The translations under genes and the position numbers were made by a program. The notes beneath the pieces are model-generated. The model searched no databases. It worked only from the letters and a program-made list of their open reading frames with translations, and was not told the origin of the DNA. DNA of 64,000 nt from Macrostomum lignano (lineage: Eukaryota), in contig NIVC01000644.1 of the NCBI GenBank assembly GCA_002269645.1, positions 1 to 64,000 of the forward strand, given 5' to 3'. Shown here one piece after another: positions 14,979 to 27,944 of the stretch. Position 1 is the first letter of the stretch; each line of letters opens with the position of its first letter.

Positions 14979-15679
14979 TGGTTTATCACTTGGCCAAAAT
15001 GTCAGCAAGTCGGTACTTGCAAATCCAAGATAACCAACGCAAAGTCCAAACGAAATGCACAGATTTTGTTGCACATTGCAAAGATTGCATCATTAATAAT
15101 TTACAAACAATGCATAAGGCATATGGGGCCGCATCTCGCCTCATTCTAGTGAGCGATGAATTTATATTTTTGTTGTCACAGTGCAGTTTAACAAAGCAAG
15201 CAAAGCCAACAAAGATGATTTCATAACCGATAATTCCAAATTGAGAAGTCTTTACGGATTGGCGCGGATTGAATGACGATAACAAGCCAGAGAGTTGATA
15301 AACATTCTATACGATTTGTGTCACAATTCAGCTCGGATAAAAATAAATTACAAACTAACATTAAGACACAACAAGAAAACAGTATTATTAGTATAGCATT
15401 TAGTACAGTAGATATAAGCTTGGCAACCATTGTACAGCGGGTGCTTGAAAGCGTCTGCGTTGAAAAACAATCCCGGTTTGAGATGCAAATTTCGCGTACG
15501 GCATTATAACAAATTACAGATGCATTCATAATCATATATAATAAACTGGTATTTTCAGTGAAATTAAAAGACAAAGGGAGAGAGGTCCACCTTGACTTTG
15601 GAGTGCGAACTAAAAGCAGCAAAGCGGAAATATTAACAGGAAACGATTCCGGCACAAAGGTTGATGGACAAAGGAAGTG

Positions 15680-17605
15680 TCACTTGGGATGCAGGTAATG
15701 AGGAGCCTGGGCAGACTGCATCATCTGAGAGGTCAGGGTGAACGGCAGGCTGAACTGTTCCATCAGGTGATGATGTGGAGGAGGCTGAGACCGCTGGTGC
15801 TGCTGGTGCAGGTTGGCCAGGTGATGCTGCAGATGCTGCTGATGCAGCTGCTGGTGGTGACTAGATGAAGCACCGTTGGAGGCTGGGAAACGACCGTTTG
15901 GGGTCGGCGGCGACGCCTTCGGACTGGCGGCTTTGCGGCCGAGCTCGTGAATTTTGTGCTGCTGCTGATGATGCAGCTGAGGATGCTGCGGCTGCTGTTG
16001 TTGCTGTTGCTGCTGTTGTCTTCCAGAAGACATCGCCGCCGCGGCTGCTGCGTACTGGCTGAGCGCCTCAAGGCCGGGCAGGTGCTGGTAGGACGACATC
16101 CGGTACGGGTCAAAGCCGGCGGCCATGGCGGCGGCGGCTGCCGCTGCGGCTCCCGGATGCTGCTGATGCTGCTGCCCGAATCTCGGAGACGACGCCGAAG
16201 GACTCGGCTGCGACGGGCGACGCTGAGGCGACGGCTGGAACATTGATGGCGGCCTGCCGGCGGCGCTGACCGCTGAAGGCGCCACGGCGGGGGCCGACGA
16301 CGGCGCTTGGGACGGGGGCGGCGGCTGCTGCGGCGGTGCAGTCGCCTTCGGCCGGGCATCGGCACCGTCGGAGGGCGAGTGGCCCAAGCTGGGCTTCGGC
16401 GGCGCGCCGTGGCCGGAGGATGTCGTTGACGAGGTAGAAGGCGTTCTAGGCGGCTGAGTTGCCACGGCGCTTGTAGCAGCAACAGCGGCGGATGCGGCAG
16501 ATGCGGACGGCGGCCTGGCTTGATGCTGAGTTGGCGGCAAAGACTTGGCGCGAATCGCCTCGTTGGCGGACAAAGACCTCGCTAGTGGCTGCTGCTGCTG
16601 CTGCTGCTGGTCTTTGTGCTGCTGCTGCTGCTCGTCCTCCCGTTCCAGCACCGGAGCTCCGCCTTCGTCGCTGATGTCGCTGTAGGCAGGCGACACCGGG
16701 TCGGCGGACCTTCGGCCAGCCTTGCCAGGCTTCGTCTGAATGGCTTTGAAACCGGCTGAGCCAGCCTGAGGCGGAGGGCCGTAGGGCACCGGGCAGGTCC
16801 GCGATACAGTCACGACCCCGGCGGCTGACTGCGGCTTGGACACAGCCTGTTGCTGAGGAACTTTGAACACGCTGGATCCGTCTAGAGATTTCTCCTCGCG
16901 AAGGCTGCCGCTGGGGGAATCCTGTGGCTGCTGCTGCTGACGCTGCTGACTGTGCTGGTTGATGCTGTGCCACTTCAACGCCTGAAGCTGGGCGAAGCGC
17001 TTGTCACATCCGGGTTCTGGACACCGGATGTGCGGCAGTTCCGGGCCGCCGCCTCCGTTGCTGCCGGCGCTGCTGCCATTTGCCAGCGGCAGCTGACGCG
17101 CCAGCGGCCGGCCTCCCCGGCGCCGATTGCCTCGGCCTCGACCTCCGTGATGCTGAGCGTGCTGATAAGCCAGGGAATGATGATGGTGATGATGCTGGTG
17201 CTGGCCGTTCAGCTGCTGCTGGCACCAGCGAGAGCCGGCGCCGTTGCTGTTGGACGATTCGGGATCCTCAGGATTCGAGCTGGAGCAGTTGTTGGCGCCG
17301 GCGGCCGAGGTGGAGGCGCCGGGGGCCGAGCATGGCGGGGCAAAGTCGTGCCGGGACGAGTCTAGCAGGGTGCCAACGTAGGTGCGGCCGCGCCAGGTCA
17401 CGTTGACCACCAGGACCCCGGTGTCCGTCTCTAGCCAGACTAGGCCGTCGAGGGAGACGCTGGTGCCGCTGTCGCAGGGCCCGAGACAGTCGGGCTCGAT
17501 CCCGGTGCCCACAGTGGCTGTGTTGGCCCAGGCGTCCCGCTTGCCGCTGCTGCCGCTGCCAGAGTGACCAGTTGAAGAGCTCGCGGATGCGTGCCGGCCG
17601 GAAGA
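15680..17605 (-). CDS. ZNF608: Brakeless/scribbler (ZNF608/609) paralog A, exon 2 (terminal coding exon, 641 aa plus stop)
   Basis: Contains the family-diagnostic D2 domain [60 protein letters not shown], a single C2H2 finger (C-x4-C-x12-H-x4-H: [24 protein letters not shown]) and the SPAYSDISD motif. The acceptor CATCCAG| at 17606 is in frame (93 nt upstream of the track's GTG start). TGA is at 15682-15680. Confidence 0.92.
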   Translation of the reverse strand, partial: SSGRHASASSSTGHSGSGSSGKRDAWANTATVGTGIEPDCLGPCDSGTSVSLDGLVWLETDTGVLVVNVTWRGRTYVGTLLDSSRHDFAPPCSAPGASTSAAGANNCSSSNPEDPESSNSNGAGSRWCQQQLNGQHQHHHHHHSLAYQHAQHHGGRGRGNRRRGGRPLARQLPLANGSSAGSNGGGGPELPHIRCPEPGCDKRFAQLQALKWHSINQHSQQRQQQQPQDSPSGSLREEKSLDGSSVFKVPQQQAVSKPQSAAGVVTVSRTCPVPYGPPPQAGSAGFKAIQTKPGKAGRRSADPVSPAYSDISDEGGAPVLEREDEQQQQHKDQQQQQQQPLARSLSANEAIRAKSLPPTQHQARPPSASAASAAVAATSAVATQPPRTPSTSSTTSSGHGAPPKPSLGHSPSDGADARPKATAPPQQPPPPSQAPSSAPAVAPSAVSAAGRPPSMFQPSPQRRPSQPSPSASSPRFGQQHQQHPGAAAAAAAAMAAGFDPYRMSSYQHLPGLEALSQYAAAAAAMSSGRQQQQQQQQQPQHPQLHHQQQHKIHELGRKAASPKASPPTPNGRFPASNGASSSHHQQLHQQHLQHHLANLHQQHQRSQPPPHHHLMEQFSLPFTLTSQMMQSAQAPHYLHPK

Positions 17606-18253
17606 CTGGATGGGATGTGTTTGATAAGGGTTTGGGATTTGTTAATGGAGTTAATGGCGTATTGTGATTTTTTTAATTTTAAGTAAGTTAAGTCACTGGT
17701 CGGTTAAGGGATCCTTGGTCGCCCTTCATTAAAGTTCAGTAATTCTAAGAAGCGCAAAGATATAAGGTCATTGAAGGTCAGTGTGTAATTCTAAGAAACG
17801 TTAGGATATGATGTCATTGGAGGTCAGTAATTTTAAGAAAGAAGTTTAGGCAGAACTAGAGCAAGATGTCCCAGGAAAGCAGCAGTGCTGCCAGCATACA
17901 GGTCGGTTCCGTCACTGACGGTATTTCTTAAAAAATTAGTTAGCAAAAAAAAGATGCTGAGTAGGCCATTTTTTCAGTCAGGTTTTAATCTGATGGTTAG
18001 TTGAGAATTGCGAGTGCACTTTACTGCATGAGTGGCAGAGAATAATAATATTTCAGGGGGGGGTTGCTTTGTTCCAAGCCTGCCTCAATTTAATAGACTG
18101 GCTACAGCCTGCTAAAAAACTAGCAAACAGAGAAATTAAACAAAAATTCAGTAGCAGTTCCAAGCTTGCCGTGGTTTTCTGTGCAACTAATAAAGAGGCA
18201 ACAGAACAAAGAGGCCCCGGAACTGAAACTAAATGCAGCAAAATGAGGCTTAC

Positions 18254-18652
18254 CTTATCTGGCCGAGACTTCTTAGCCGCGGGAGCATGAGTAGCGGATG
18301 AGTCTGCTTCTTCCAGCTTGACAGATGGCGCTGACAATAATCGGTATTTCTCCATATCTGGCGTGACAATTTCGTGCTTCTCTTCATTCTTAGATTTGCG
18401 CTTGATTTTCATCTTTAAAACGAGGCCTTTGTCAGAGTCCGGCTTTGTTGCCGGGGCCAGATTCTCCGAGGCGGAACTATTCTGCATCTTCAGCGGCCCC
18501 TGGTCCGCCGGGCCGGTGTTGCCGCCGCCTAAGTCGATCATTAGGTCGCCTAGTAGGTCCCAATTTGAAAACGAGTCTGACGCGGTCGTCCCGGACGGAT
18601 TGGGTTCGACGATAGCTCTGTCGATAGTTGTCAATTGTTCAACGGACGACAT
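18254..18652 (-). CDS. ZNF608: Brakeless/scribbler (ZNF608/609) paralog A, exon 1 (133 codons)
   Basis: MSS...NWDLLGDLMIDL resembles the ZNF608/609 N-terminal WDxGxGNLIIDL motif, and LKMKIKRK...KHEIV is a family motif. The phase-0 donor AAG|GTAAGC at 18253 joins the exon-2 acceptor in frame. Confidence 0.88.
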
Positions 18653-18663
18653 TCCATTGGCAT
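18631..18663 (-). promoter_or_regulatory. Out-of-frame overlapping uORF (MPMECRPLNN*) across the paralog A start codon
   Basis: ACCATG at 18663 and a second in-frame ATG at 18657 precede the main ATG at 18652 in a different frame. This assumes the bases are exonic 5' UTR. Confidence 0.4.
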
Positions 18664-21564
18664 GGTAGTTGGAAGAGATTCACTGATTTCGCGGCTTCGG
18701 TGTAAGGATGCTATAATATACAGTGGGGGAAAATAGGGTTAGATTAATCAATTCTACAGCCAGGTGGAGTAAAAACGCGGTGCAGAATTAAAAAGACAGT
18801 ATTATTATTATTATTATATTGTGGAAATGTCTGTCGTGCCCATCAAACTTGTGCATGCCGTAATAAAGCGCCTTGAGGGTTGGGGAGCCAGCCATCCCCC
18901 ATTAAACAACGAAGGGGGGCCTCCTATTGCACACACACACTGAATGGAATTGGGGGAAGCCCTAGAAAACCCCGCACGCCAATTGGCTGCTTAGCCGACC
19001 AATCCAAGCGTGGACTAAGGCTGACCGGCCCACCACCCCCTCCAGTCCCGGCAGGAGAGCTTTACACATTACATTGCGCCTGTCTAAAGCGCAGACAGTC
19101 AGTCAGCTGAGCGAGAAGGGGGTGGTGGTCTCCCCCAGACTTCACAGTTCACACTCTAAAGCCCCCCCCCAGCCCCGCGGACCCACCATTAGCAAGGCAA
19201 TGCTTTTCGGTTGGGGGGTTCCAAACCCCACAAAGCGCGGCTTGCGCTGTACCTAAACTAAATCAAACTAACCTCAAGAAAGGCGGAAATTGCTTTTATT
19301 TGCAACCTCTTACTCTAGCCTGTTAGTAATGGAGTAGAGTAGGATACAGGGTCAGGGAATACGATTCTCTCCTTTCAGACTCAACTTAATTAATTAATTG
19401 AAGCTGAGAATTAATCAATTATCAATTCATTCATATACACTAACAATCGAGAACCGGGGCAACCGGGCAATTAGGATTGAAATTAATAATCGATATCGAT
19501 TCTGTGATTTGTGCGATGCGATTTCTATTAAAGTAATTCTTATCTGCCTGTCCTCTCGCAATTATCAGTCCTACTCCTAAATCAGCTGGACTGGACATTG
19601 GATAGCTTTGCCTTTGGCTACAAATCCCTTCGTTATATTTTTTATCTTTTAATGTACACCACGGCCCGGCTTCTTAAGTTCTTACCCTGATAGCGGCGCA
19701 ATTCTCGATTATGAATCTTTATGAATTTTATGATATTCTACGATTTTTCTCGTGGAGGACAGACCGTCGCTAGGCTCCCTATGTTGCATTGCATTTGCCC
19801 AGTTCAAATCAAATTCAAACCCGTAACTGTCTCTGGTGCCTACTGGCAGGCCTAAAAAATCATTTTAATTCTTGTATTATTTATTTAATACAAGTTACAT
19901 TTGCGTATTTGCAAATTCAACGTAGTTATACAACTTATACACTAGAATTTTGCTCGTTTCAGTTCATCAAAACTTATATAGCGAGACTAGCCTAGGGCAT
20001 AGAGCCTTATATATGCAAGCTATAATAGAAACCATTAGCAGCTATTATTATAAAGTTTTATAAATACGTATTAGATCAGATGAAGTCAGATGCTAATGTT
20101 GGAGTTGCAGTCCGCTCATTAGACATTAGCCCCATTACATTAGAAGTGTCCCCCAGGCCAAGACGAAGAAAGCAACAAACAACAAACCAAGAAAGAAGAA
20201 ATCCCGAAAGAAGCATTCAGTCTTTTAGAAAAATTAGAGGAAGTAAGTACTCACCGACTCTATTTCATTGGATTAATAAATGTTACGGTAAGCAACGATG
20301 CCAAAGCAAAGCCTAGGTGATCGAACGACAGTTATAATAATAAGCGAATAGGCAAGTTTTGGATTGTATTGAACTATTGATTCGCAGACTCGGTTAGCAA
20401 AGAGAAATTGAGAATCTCCAGAATCTTCAGATTGGGTAGTAAAGAGAAAAATAGAAAAAATGAAAGGGAACGGAGTTGCTTAGTAGATCAGACTTCAGTT
20501 CAAGAAGACAGAGTCACGCAAGCCCAGTCTATGTATTGTAAAAATAAGAGCCAGTTGAACCAAGCGAGAGGCAAGTGTTGGATCAAGTCTGATAACATAG
20601 GCAAATGAGGTGCCTGCCCGACTGTGGAGAATCGTAGGAGGCTTGTCATTGGCTGGCTAACCCAACTAATAGTTAGCATGCGCGCTCACGCGGCTGCCCC
20701 TTTAATTTTTGCGTTAACAGCTTGCTTGCTTTGCAAGCATATCCGCCATCCCTTCCCCAGACCCTCCTGCACCACTAGAGGAGTAGGAGAGACATTTAAA
20801 GGGTTCCACTGGTGAGAGAAGCTTCCCCAGCTCCCCTCCCCTGCTAGTAGTCAACCCACTCTCATTGCATTGCAATAGAAGGCTTGCTTCGCTTGCGTTG
20901 CCACCTTTTTGTAGGGCTTACTTTTTATATCTATGGACGAAGCCACCCCTGGCGAATGTGTCCCAAAATTCAGTGCCACAATAATTAGAAATCTGATGCT
21001 TGTTACTTTAGTTACCATTAATTACGTACATGCTGGCGATAAGGGGATTATACTCGTGCTTATTCATGTTATGCCGCATACGTATCGAATCGAATATATT
21101 GATATTAGCTAATAAATTGAAATTGCCATTGCCACTATCTACAAACTACAATGACACAGATTCATTACCTCAGTTACAAATGGGTTTGGAATTGGATTAT
21201 TATTGATTGTATTGTATTGGAGCACCACAACTTGGCTTTGTGAGGTGAGGCGCCTGTAGGCTACAGTAGCTGCTGCGCTGCTGTTGTTGAAATTGTGTTT
21301 GCTTTGCTATAGCATTTCATTTGATACAGTACAAGGCAGAGATACAGATAGTCAGTCAGAGTCAGACTCAGACAGTCGAACCGGTATTTTTGCACCACGC
21401 ACTTGCACGTTGCACTTGCACATCTTATTGATTGTCCTTTATACTTTTAAATTCATTGAAAATTTGCCGTGTTTTATTTTTATAGAACATGGACAACTCA
21501 AGCTGAAAAACGCTGCACTCGCAGATTGTGAAAATTTCCCATGGAAGGAAGGGTGTTCACTTTT

Positions 21565-21758
21565 CAGTGGCGTAGCCAGGATTTCTTTCGGGGGGGGGGG
21601 TCACAGTCAGTCACAGGCTCACAGCGGTAACCGGGGCAGGGGTGCTAGGCCTCTGCGACGGGGGAGGGGGCCTGAAAATTTAGCCTGGATCAGCCGACTG
21701 GGGGGGGGGGGGGCATGGGGGGTCAGGACCCCCATGACCCTCCTTGGTTACGCCCCTG
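21565..21758. mobile_element. 194-bp hAT-type MITE with 8-bp target-site duplication TCACTTTT
   Basis: TIRs CAGTGGCGTAGCCAGG / CTTGGTTACGCCCCTG match at 13 of 16 positions. An identical TCACTTTT lies at 21557-21564 and 21759-21766. CAG termini with an 8-bp TSD are typical of hAT elements. Confidence 0.85.
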
Positions 21759-23497
21759 TCACTTTTGAGTCTTTTTTATTGCAAAATGAGAGATAAGGGG
21801 TTTTCATATTTTTTAGCACTAAATTCTCAATATCTCACGTTGTGATTGTGAAGATCCGAATTCCTAATGTGCTTTGCCGAAGGAGCAACCTCAGATGTAA
21901 TAAGTTCTGATTTAAAAAAGCGCCGCTAGAGTCGAGACTCGAGACAGACAAGCAAGCAAAGTTTCGGCAAAGTTTCTGTTGTTCCTGTCTCTTTAGTGCA
22001 TTTTCCGAGTAGGTTTTTTTCCTTTTCCTTCCTCCTTTTAGCGCCGCCGCCCCTTTTAAAATAGGTCATCGGCAGTGGGGCTTTAGAACGGGAGATTTGG
22101 AATTTGGATGTTTAAGCTTTACGAATTGTTGGTCTTTGTGTTCAGTGTTCATTCAAGTCTCAAGTTTGTCGGAGTCTCGGAGTCCTCGGACTGCTTGTTT
22201 ACAATTACGATTACAATGCATCCAATGTCTGTTGGAACTTGGGTTGGTTGGGATCCTTGGGATCTGGACTCTTTCTAGTTTTATATTTGACGTCGTAAAG
22301 ATTTAGAGTTCGGTTTGGTGTATAAAACAAGCATAATTCTGTTTACTCTGTTCCTGTTGGCCCTAGTCTAGTGTCTGTCTACCCACGGAACCCACCCGCG
22401 CCCAGCGGTCCCAGCAGTATAATCTGTCAGGTTTGGGTAAATTGAATGGTTTGCATTGCATGCATGCAATAGATCAAATCTCATTACTTATATTTGTTGT
22501 AAGTCCGATTTTTGCCGCTGCAGTGACATGTATGATGTAAAGTAATGTGAATTAGATACAATTACCATGGCACCGCATTGGCAAGAATTATTTTTAAATA
22601 GAAGGAAGCTTTTGTTGTTTTTGCACTGTTTCTATGGCGTTTGTAATTATTTATAATATACTTGTGCATTGTGTATAATCTTCTTAAAAATCTTCCTTGA
22701 ATTCTTGAATCTTATCCCATTCCCCTGTTTATTTCAAGTATTTGGCTTGCGAAATTCAATGCCAACCCAGAAGATATTCCCACGTTTTAAGCCAACACAA
22801 TACAAATGGCCTAAGGCGCATAGAAAGTAAAGCAAAAGCACGTTCATTTACTCTGCCGTAGCCCGTAGTCCTTCCTAATCGCGTCGCAAATCGCCATTTT
22901 TATTGCATCGCCTGCTAATTCGGCTCACATAAAGGCCCTCTTGGCGGGGGGGGGGCTGGCTGGGTGGACCTGCGGCCTGCGGGGGGCTTCCCAGTTAGAA
23001 AATTCTTCGCACAGCTGTAGGCCGCCGCGGCATTTGGGTCCGTGCCGGAATTTTATTACCCGCGAATCTCCTCACTTATTCCCTCGCGCACGAACTGAAG
23101 ATTTTCAGTCAGGCTGCATGGAACGGCGGTTTTAAAGGTTTTACCCATCGCGTTTGTACACGCTGGCTGTGTCTGGTTTGTCTGATTCTTTAACTTCGTT
23201 TTATTGATTTTTTTTAATTTAGTCAGTGTTTGGCTGTCTGGACAAATGGGGGTCACATAACAGTGATAGTATTACTTATTTTTAGTGTGCTCTACCGGCT
23301 GATTAGAATGGATTGCTTTCTTTAAATGAAAAAAAACAATTTCATAATACCTATATGTCCAGCCGTGCTATTGCCTATAATAGTAGTAAATACTATCTTG
23401 GTTTGGTTATCTATTAATCTATTTACTATAGCATGCTCTGTCTCAGTCAGAAAGCATACTCGATACTCGCACCGCACATACAACAGTACTACCTGTC

Positions 23498-23639
23498 TAG
23501 GTGTCACAACACCAGGATCCCGGGACTTTTTCGGGGGTATCCCGGGATTAACCTCTGGGATTTTTCCGCGATGTAAGAAATTTTCGGGATTAGTTGCGAG
23601 ATCCCGGGATCACGAAACTCCGGGATTTCGGCATCCCTA
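23498..23639. mobile_element. Possible degenerate hAT-like MITE (TAGG...CATCCCTA termini, repeated ATCCCGGGAT motifs)
   Basis: The right end reverse-complements to TAGGGATG (an Ac-like terminus), and there are several CCCGGGAT subterminal motifs. The left TIR is imperfect and there is no clean TSD. Confidence 0.4.
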
Positions 23640-24944
23640 CACACAGTACCAATGCGATTGCGCAAGTGCCAAAATTTGGCTATTGGAGGCATCACAATTC
23701 ACAAGTTATTGGCCCATTGCTTTTTACATGCTACAAATGAATGCAATTTCGTCGGAAGAAAATTACTGACCTAATCTTTTCTAATTAAATGTTAGCTAGC
23801 TAAAATGCTCAAATACTTTAATTACTGCAAATTAAATGAAGCTATAAACAAACAAAACAGTAATTGGGTCAGTCAGGTGGTTTTCAGTTAATTCATATGA
23901 GAAATTCCGTGCCAATCCCAATAATGTCAATCTATGAAGTCAGTTGCACAGAGCATACAGCCAGAGGCCAGAACCAATTTTTTATTATCCAAACAGCAGC
24001 CTCCGTTCCTAGACATAGACAGATAGCTTTAAAGATTTTTAATGACAAGTCGGGGAATGAAATAAAAAACTCGGCGGAGGCCAGACGGGGCCACTTCTTG
24101 GCACATCGGCAAGAGAGGACAAACTTCAAGTCTTATTGATAAATCTAAGAGTAAGAACTGAAATGAAGTGAGGAAAAAAGAGGATGAATAAACTGAACAA
24201 ACACAAGGGACGGGGGGGCTGGGTGGGACTGCGGGGGCTCGGAGTCCCGAACCCAAGCTGGCAAGTGACACGGAAATTTTATAGTTTTACAGGAAAAAGA
24301 GCGATGGGCGCTTGCTTGACTGGAGCTCCCGATAAGCATCTGCCTGGGAGGGGGGGGGGCATGGGGTGGGGACTTGGGAAAATCACCCCCCCCCCTAAAG
24401 GGATCTGCGTGGGTCATAGAGATTCGGGCAAGGGGGGAGATAGTTGATAAGAGCCCGAGTTTGCTTGTCAAAAAGCGTCCTAATTCCCATGCAACTAATG
24501 ACATTGACAATATTAAGCTCACAACTGTTATATGCATCATATAAAAAGATAAAAGATACGATACGACTTACTGAGCCGAGGTGGTGTTGTAGCTATATTT
24601 GTTATTAGCTATTTAAATTCTGAATTCACGACGCTGAAGTCAACTTAAATAAAATATTTAACTGTACAGATATAATTAGTACATGAGTTCAACTTCATTT
24701 CAACCAGTTCAATTTCATTACATTATAGTATAGTTATCTACATGTTTGGCTTTAGCCTTAGCTTATGAAAAAAAGATAAGCCCAAGTGCCTTTGCGACCA
24801 AACGAAAATAGTTTTGGCACCAAAGATTAGCACCAAAAATGCCTGTTGGGCAGTTTGGAGTGTGATTCAAGCTGTAGGAACTTTTCAAAAGTTGGGATGT
24901 ATGCATCTAGGAAAATTAGCAGAATAGGCGACATAGATAAGACA

Positions 24945-25770
24945 GGCGCCAAAATTAGAGACTGTACAGCGCCATAGATAATATAAGCACCAAAATTAGA
25001 GACTGTACAGCGCCATAGATAAGATAGGCGCCAAAATTAGAGACTGTACAGCGCCATAGATAATATAAGCACCAAAATTAGAGACTGTGCAGCGCCATAG
25101 ATAAGATAGGCGCCAAAATTAGAGACTGTTCAGCGCCATAGATAATATAAGCACCAAAATTAGAGACTGTACAGCGTCATAGATAAGATAGGCGCCAAAA
25201 TTAGAGACTGTACAGCGCCATAGATAATATAAGCACCAAAATTAGAGACTGTACAGCGCCATAGATAAGCGCCATAGATAATATAAGCACCAAAATTAGA
25301 GACTGTACAGCGCCATAGATAAGCGCCATAGATAATATAAGCACCAAAATTAGAGACTGTGCAGCGCCATAGATAAAATAGGCGCCAAAATTAGAGACTG
25401 TACAGCGCAATAGATAAGATAAGCGCCAAAATCAGTGACTGTACAGCGCCATAGATAAGATAGGCGCCAAAATTAGAGACTGTACAGCGCCATAGATAAT
25501 ATAAGCACCAAAATTAGAGACTGTACAGCGCCATAGATAAGCGCCATAGATAATATAAGCACCAAAATTAGAGACTGTACAGCGCCATAGATAATATAAG
25601 CACCAAAATTAGAGACTGTACAGCGCCATAGATAATATAAGCACCAAAATTAGAGACTGTGCAGCGCCATAGATAAGATAGGCGCCAAAATTAGAGACTG
25701 TACAGCGCCATAGATAAGATAAGCGCCAAAATCAGTGACTGTACAGCGCCATAGATAGGATAAGCGCCAA
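24945..25770. repeat. ~41-bp minisatellite (AGCGCCATAGATAATATAAGCACCAAAATTAGAGACTGTAC) with alternating variants
   Basis: Direct reading. Confidence 0.92.
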
Positions 25771-26786
25771 AATAATTTTATTATTTGCACAGCTAAAACA
25801 GTCGAAAGACGTAATATAATGCGTAAAGCATTATGATAAGACGTTAGGCATAGGCTATATATGGCTATCGATGTAAATGGGCCTGTCTTGGTTCGGTTGG
25901 GATTGGGAATCAGAATCATTTTACTCTGAATATTAGATCCCTGATGACTCTGTTGGGGTCTGCTGCTCTGTATAGCTCATCTCATTTCAGTCGTTCTCTT
26001 TCTCTCTAGTCGCTACTCGCTACTCATACACTCAGTCTTGGCCTTCTCTTCTTTTTTCGACCTTAACTCCCCATCCCCATCCTCTCCATCTTTTGGGCAC
26101 CCCAGCAGCAGCCAGCAAGAGCAAAGCAGTCGAATCCCCGAACGAAGCGTTTTTCTCTTCCCCCACTATCTCAGCTCTAGTTGCGGCAAATAGGGTGGGG
26201 GTGGGGGAGCGAAGGCTTTAGCGGTTTTTCTGGGGAAGAGGAGAGAGGAGAGAGGAGAGAGGAGAGAGGAGAGAGGAGAGGAAGTAGGGGCCCAGCCAGC
26301 CAGACAGACAGACAGATAAAAGCTGAATCCCTTAATACACAACAGAAAGAAAGAAGCACATATAAAGCTAGTATTATTATTACAAACGTGTGCGCTGTGA
26401 CTCACTAACTGTCACTAAATCCTAGAGAGAACTCCCCCCCCCCAGCCATGCCCCACGGGCTTAAATACTTGGGCTAATGCAATACTACGAGCTAATATAC
26501 TAACTTTCGGTTACCGCAATTAAATCTGCCGCTTTAAAATACGAGCTACTCCACTCTCTTTCTCACTCCATGCTCCGTCATTATACAGCCTCTCAGACTC
26601 AACAATAGCGATTCCCAGCTCCAGTCTCTCGTAATGTAAACTCCATCAATCAATGCTAATTTGTTTTATTGAGGAGTCGCTCTTCGAAATGCAGTAGATT
26701 TTTATTTGAAATTAAAATACAATTTAAATTACAATCTTTTGCATTGCTTGCTCATTGTATCTTTTGGTGAATTTCTTAGAATTCCT

Positions 26787-27029
26787 TGCTGGCGCCCCTT
26801 GGTGCTGGCGCCCCTTGGTGCTGGCGCCCCTTGGTGCTGGCGCCCCTTGGTGCTGGCGCCCCTTGGTGCTGGCGCCCCTTGGTGCTGGCGCCCCTTGGTG
26901 CTGGCGCCCCTTGGTGCTGGCGCCCCTTGGTGCTGGCGCCCCTTGGTGCTGGCGCCCCTTGGTGCTGGCGCCCCTTGGTGCTGGCGCCCCTTGGTGCTGG
27001 CGCCCCTTGGTGCTGGCGCCCCTTGGTGC
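26787..27029 (+). repeat. Perfect 16-bp minisatellite (GGCGCCCCTTGGTGCT), ~15 copies, left arm of an inverted pair
   Basis: Direct reading. Confidence 0.95.
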
Positions 27030-27520
27030 CATATTGAAATTGATATAAAAATTTCAATTGACACGTTGGCTAGCTAGTAATTAGTTGTGAATACGTGTGA
27101 AACAAAAATCCAACCATTTTATTTGTTAATCCGCTTTCCTTTTCATTTTTCTATTCTGAACATCCGGAATCCAAACCCACTCCGTCTGCAGCAGTCTCTT
27201 GCAATTTTAAGGGATTTAAAATTTCGTAAATAATTATAATTCAGAATTCAAAGCAGAAAATTCAAATAAATTATGCAGTCAACCATCTATTGCTTATTAT
27301 TCTTTATCTGCCGCGTTTGTCTGCCTAAATTATTTGCTGGAGAACGGATTAGAGAGCATGAGAAAGCAGACTGACATGATGATTCAGTGATCGATGGGAA
27401 TTCCTCTTCCAGCTGCCCTTCCAGATCCTTGAACCGCAATCAGTGGAATTGTGAAGAGAAGTTATTTTATTTGAAGCCGTCCGTAGCGCAGCCAGGATTT
27501 CAAAATTGGGAGGAGGCGCA

Positions 27521-27944
27521 AGCACCAAGGGGCGCCAGCACCAAGGGGCGCCAGCACCAAGGGGCGCCAGCACCAAGGGGCGCCAGCACCAAGGGGCGCC
27601 AGCACCAAGGGGCGCCAGCACCAAGGGGCGCCAGCACCAAGGGGCGCCAGCACCAAGGGGCGCCAGCACCAAGGGGCGCCAGCACCAAGGGGCGCCAGCA
27701 CCAAGGGGCGCCAGCACCAAGGGGCGCCAGCACCAAGGGGCGCCAGCACCAAGGGGCGCCAGCACCAAGGGGCGCCAGCACCAAGGGGCGCCAGCACCAA
27801 GGGGCGCCAGCACCAAGGGGCGCCAGCACCAAGGGGCGCCAGCACCAAGGGGCGCCAGCACCAAGGGGCGCCAGCACCAAGGGGCGCCAGCACCAAGGGG
27901 CGCCAGCACCAAGGGGCGCCAGCACCAAGGGGCGCCAGCACCAA
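27521..27944 (-). repeat. Perfect 16-bp minisatellite (AGCACCAAGGGGCGCC), ~26 copies, right arm of an inverted pair
   Basis: Exact reverse complement of the 26787-27029 unit. Confidence 0.95.

Noticed and set aside
14978-15655. ORFs downstream of paralog A (144 aa, 99 aa)
   Set aside because: AT-rich, no motifs, non-ATG starts in some, and they lie in the expected 3' UTR.
15677-17567. Multiple alternative-frame and antisense ORFs over paralog A exon 2 (and similarly 39834-40308)
   Set aside because: Shadow ORFs of GC-rich coding sequence.
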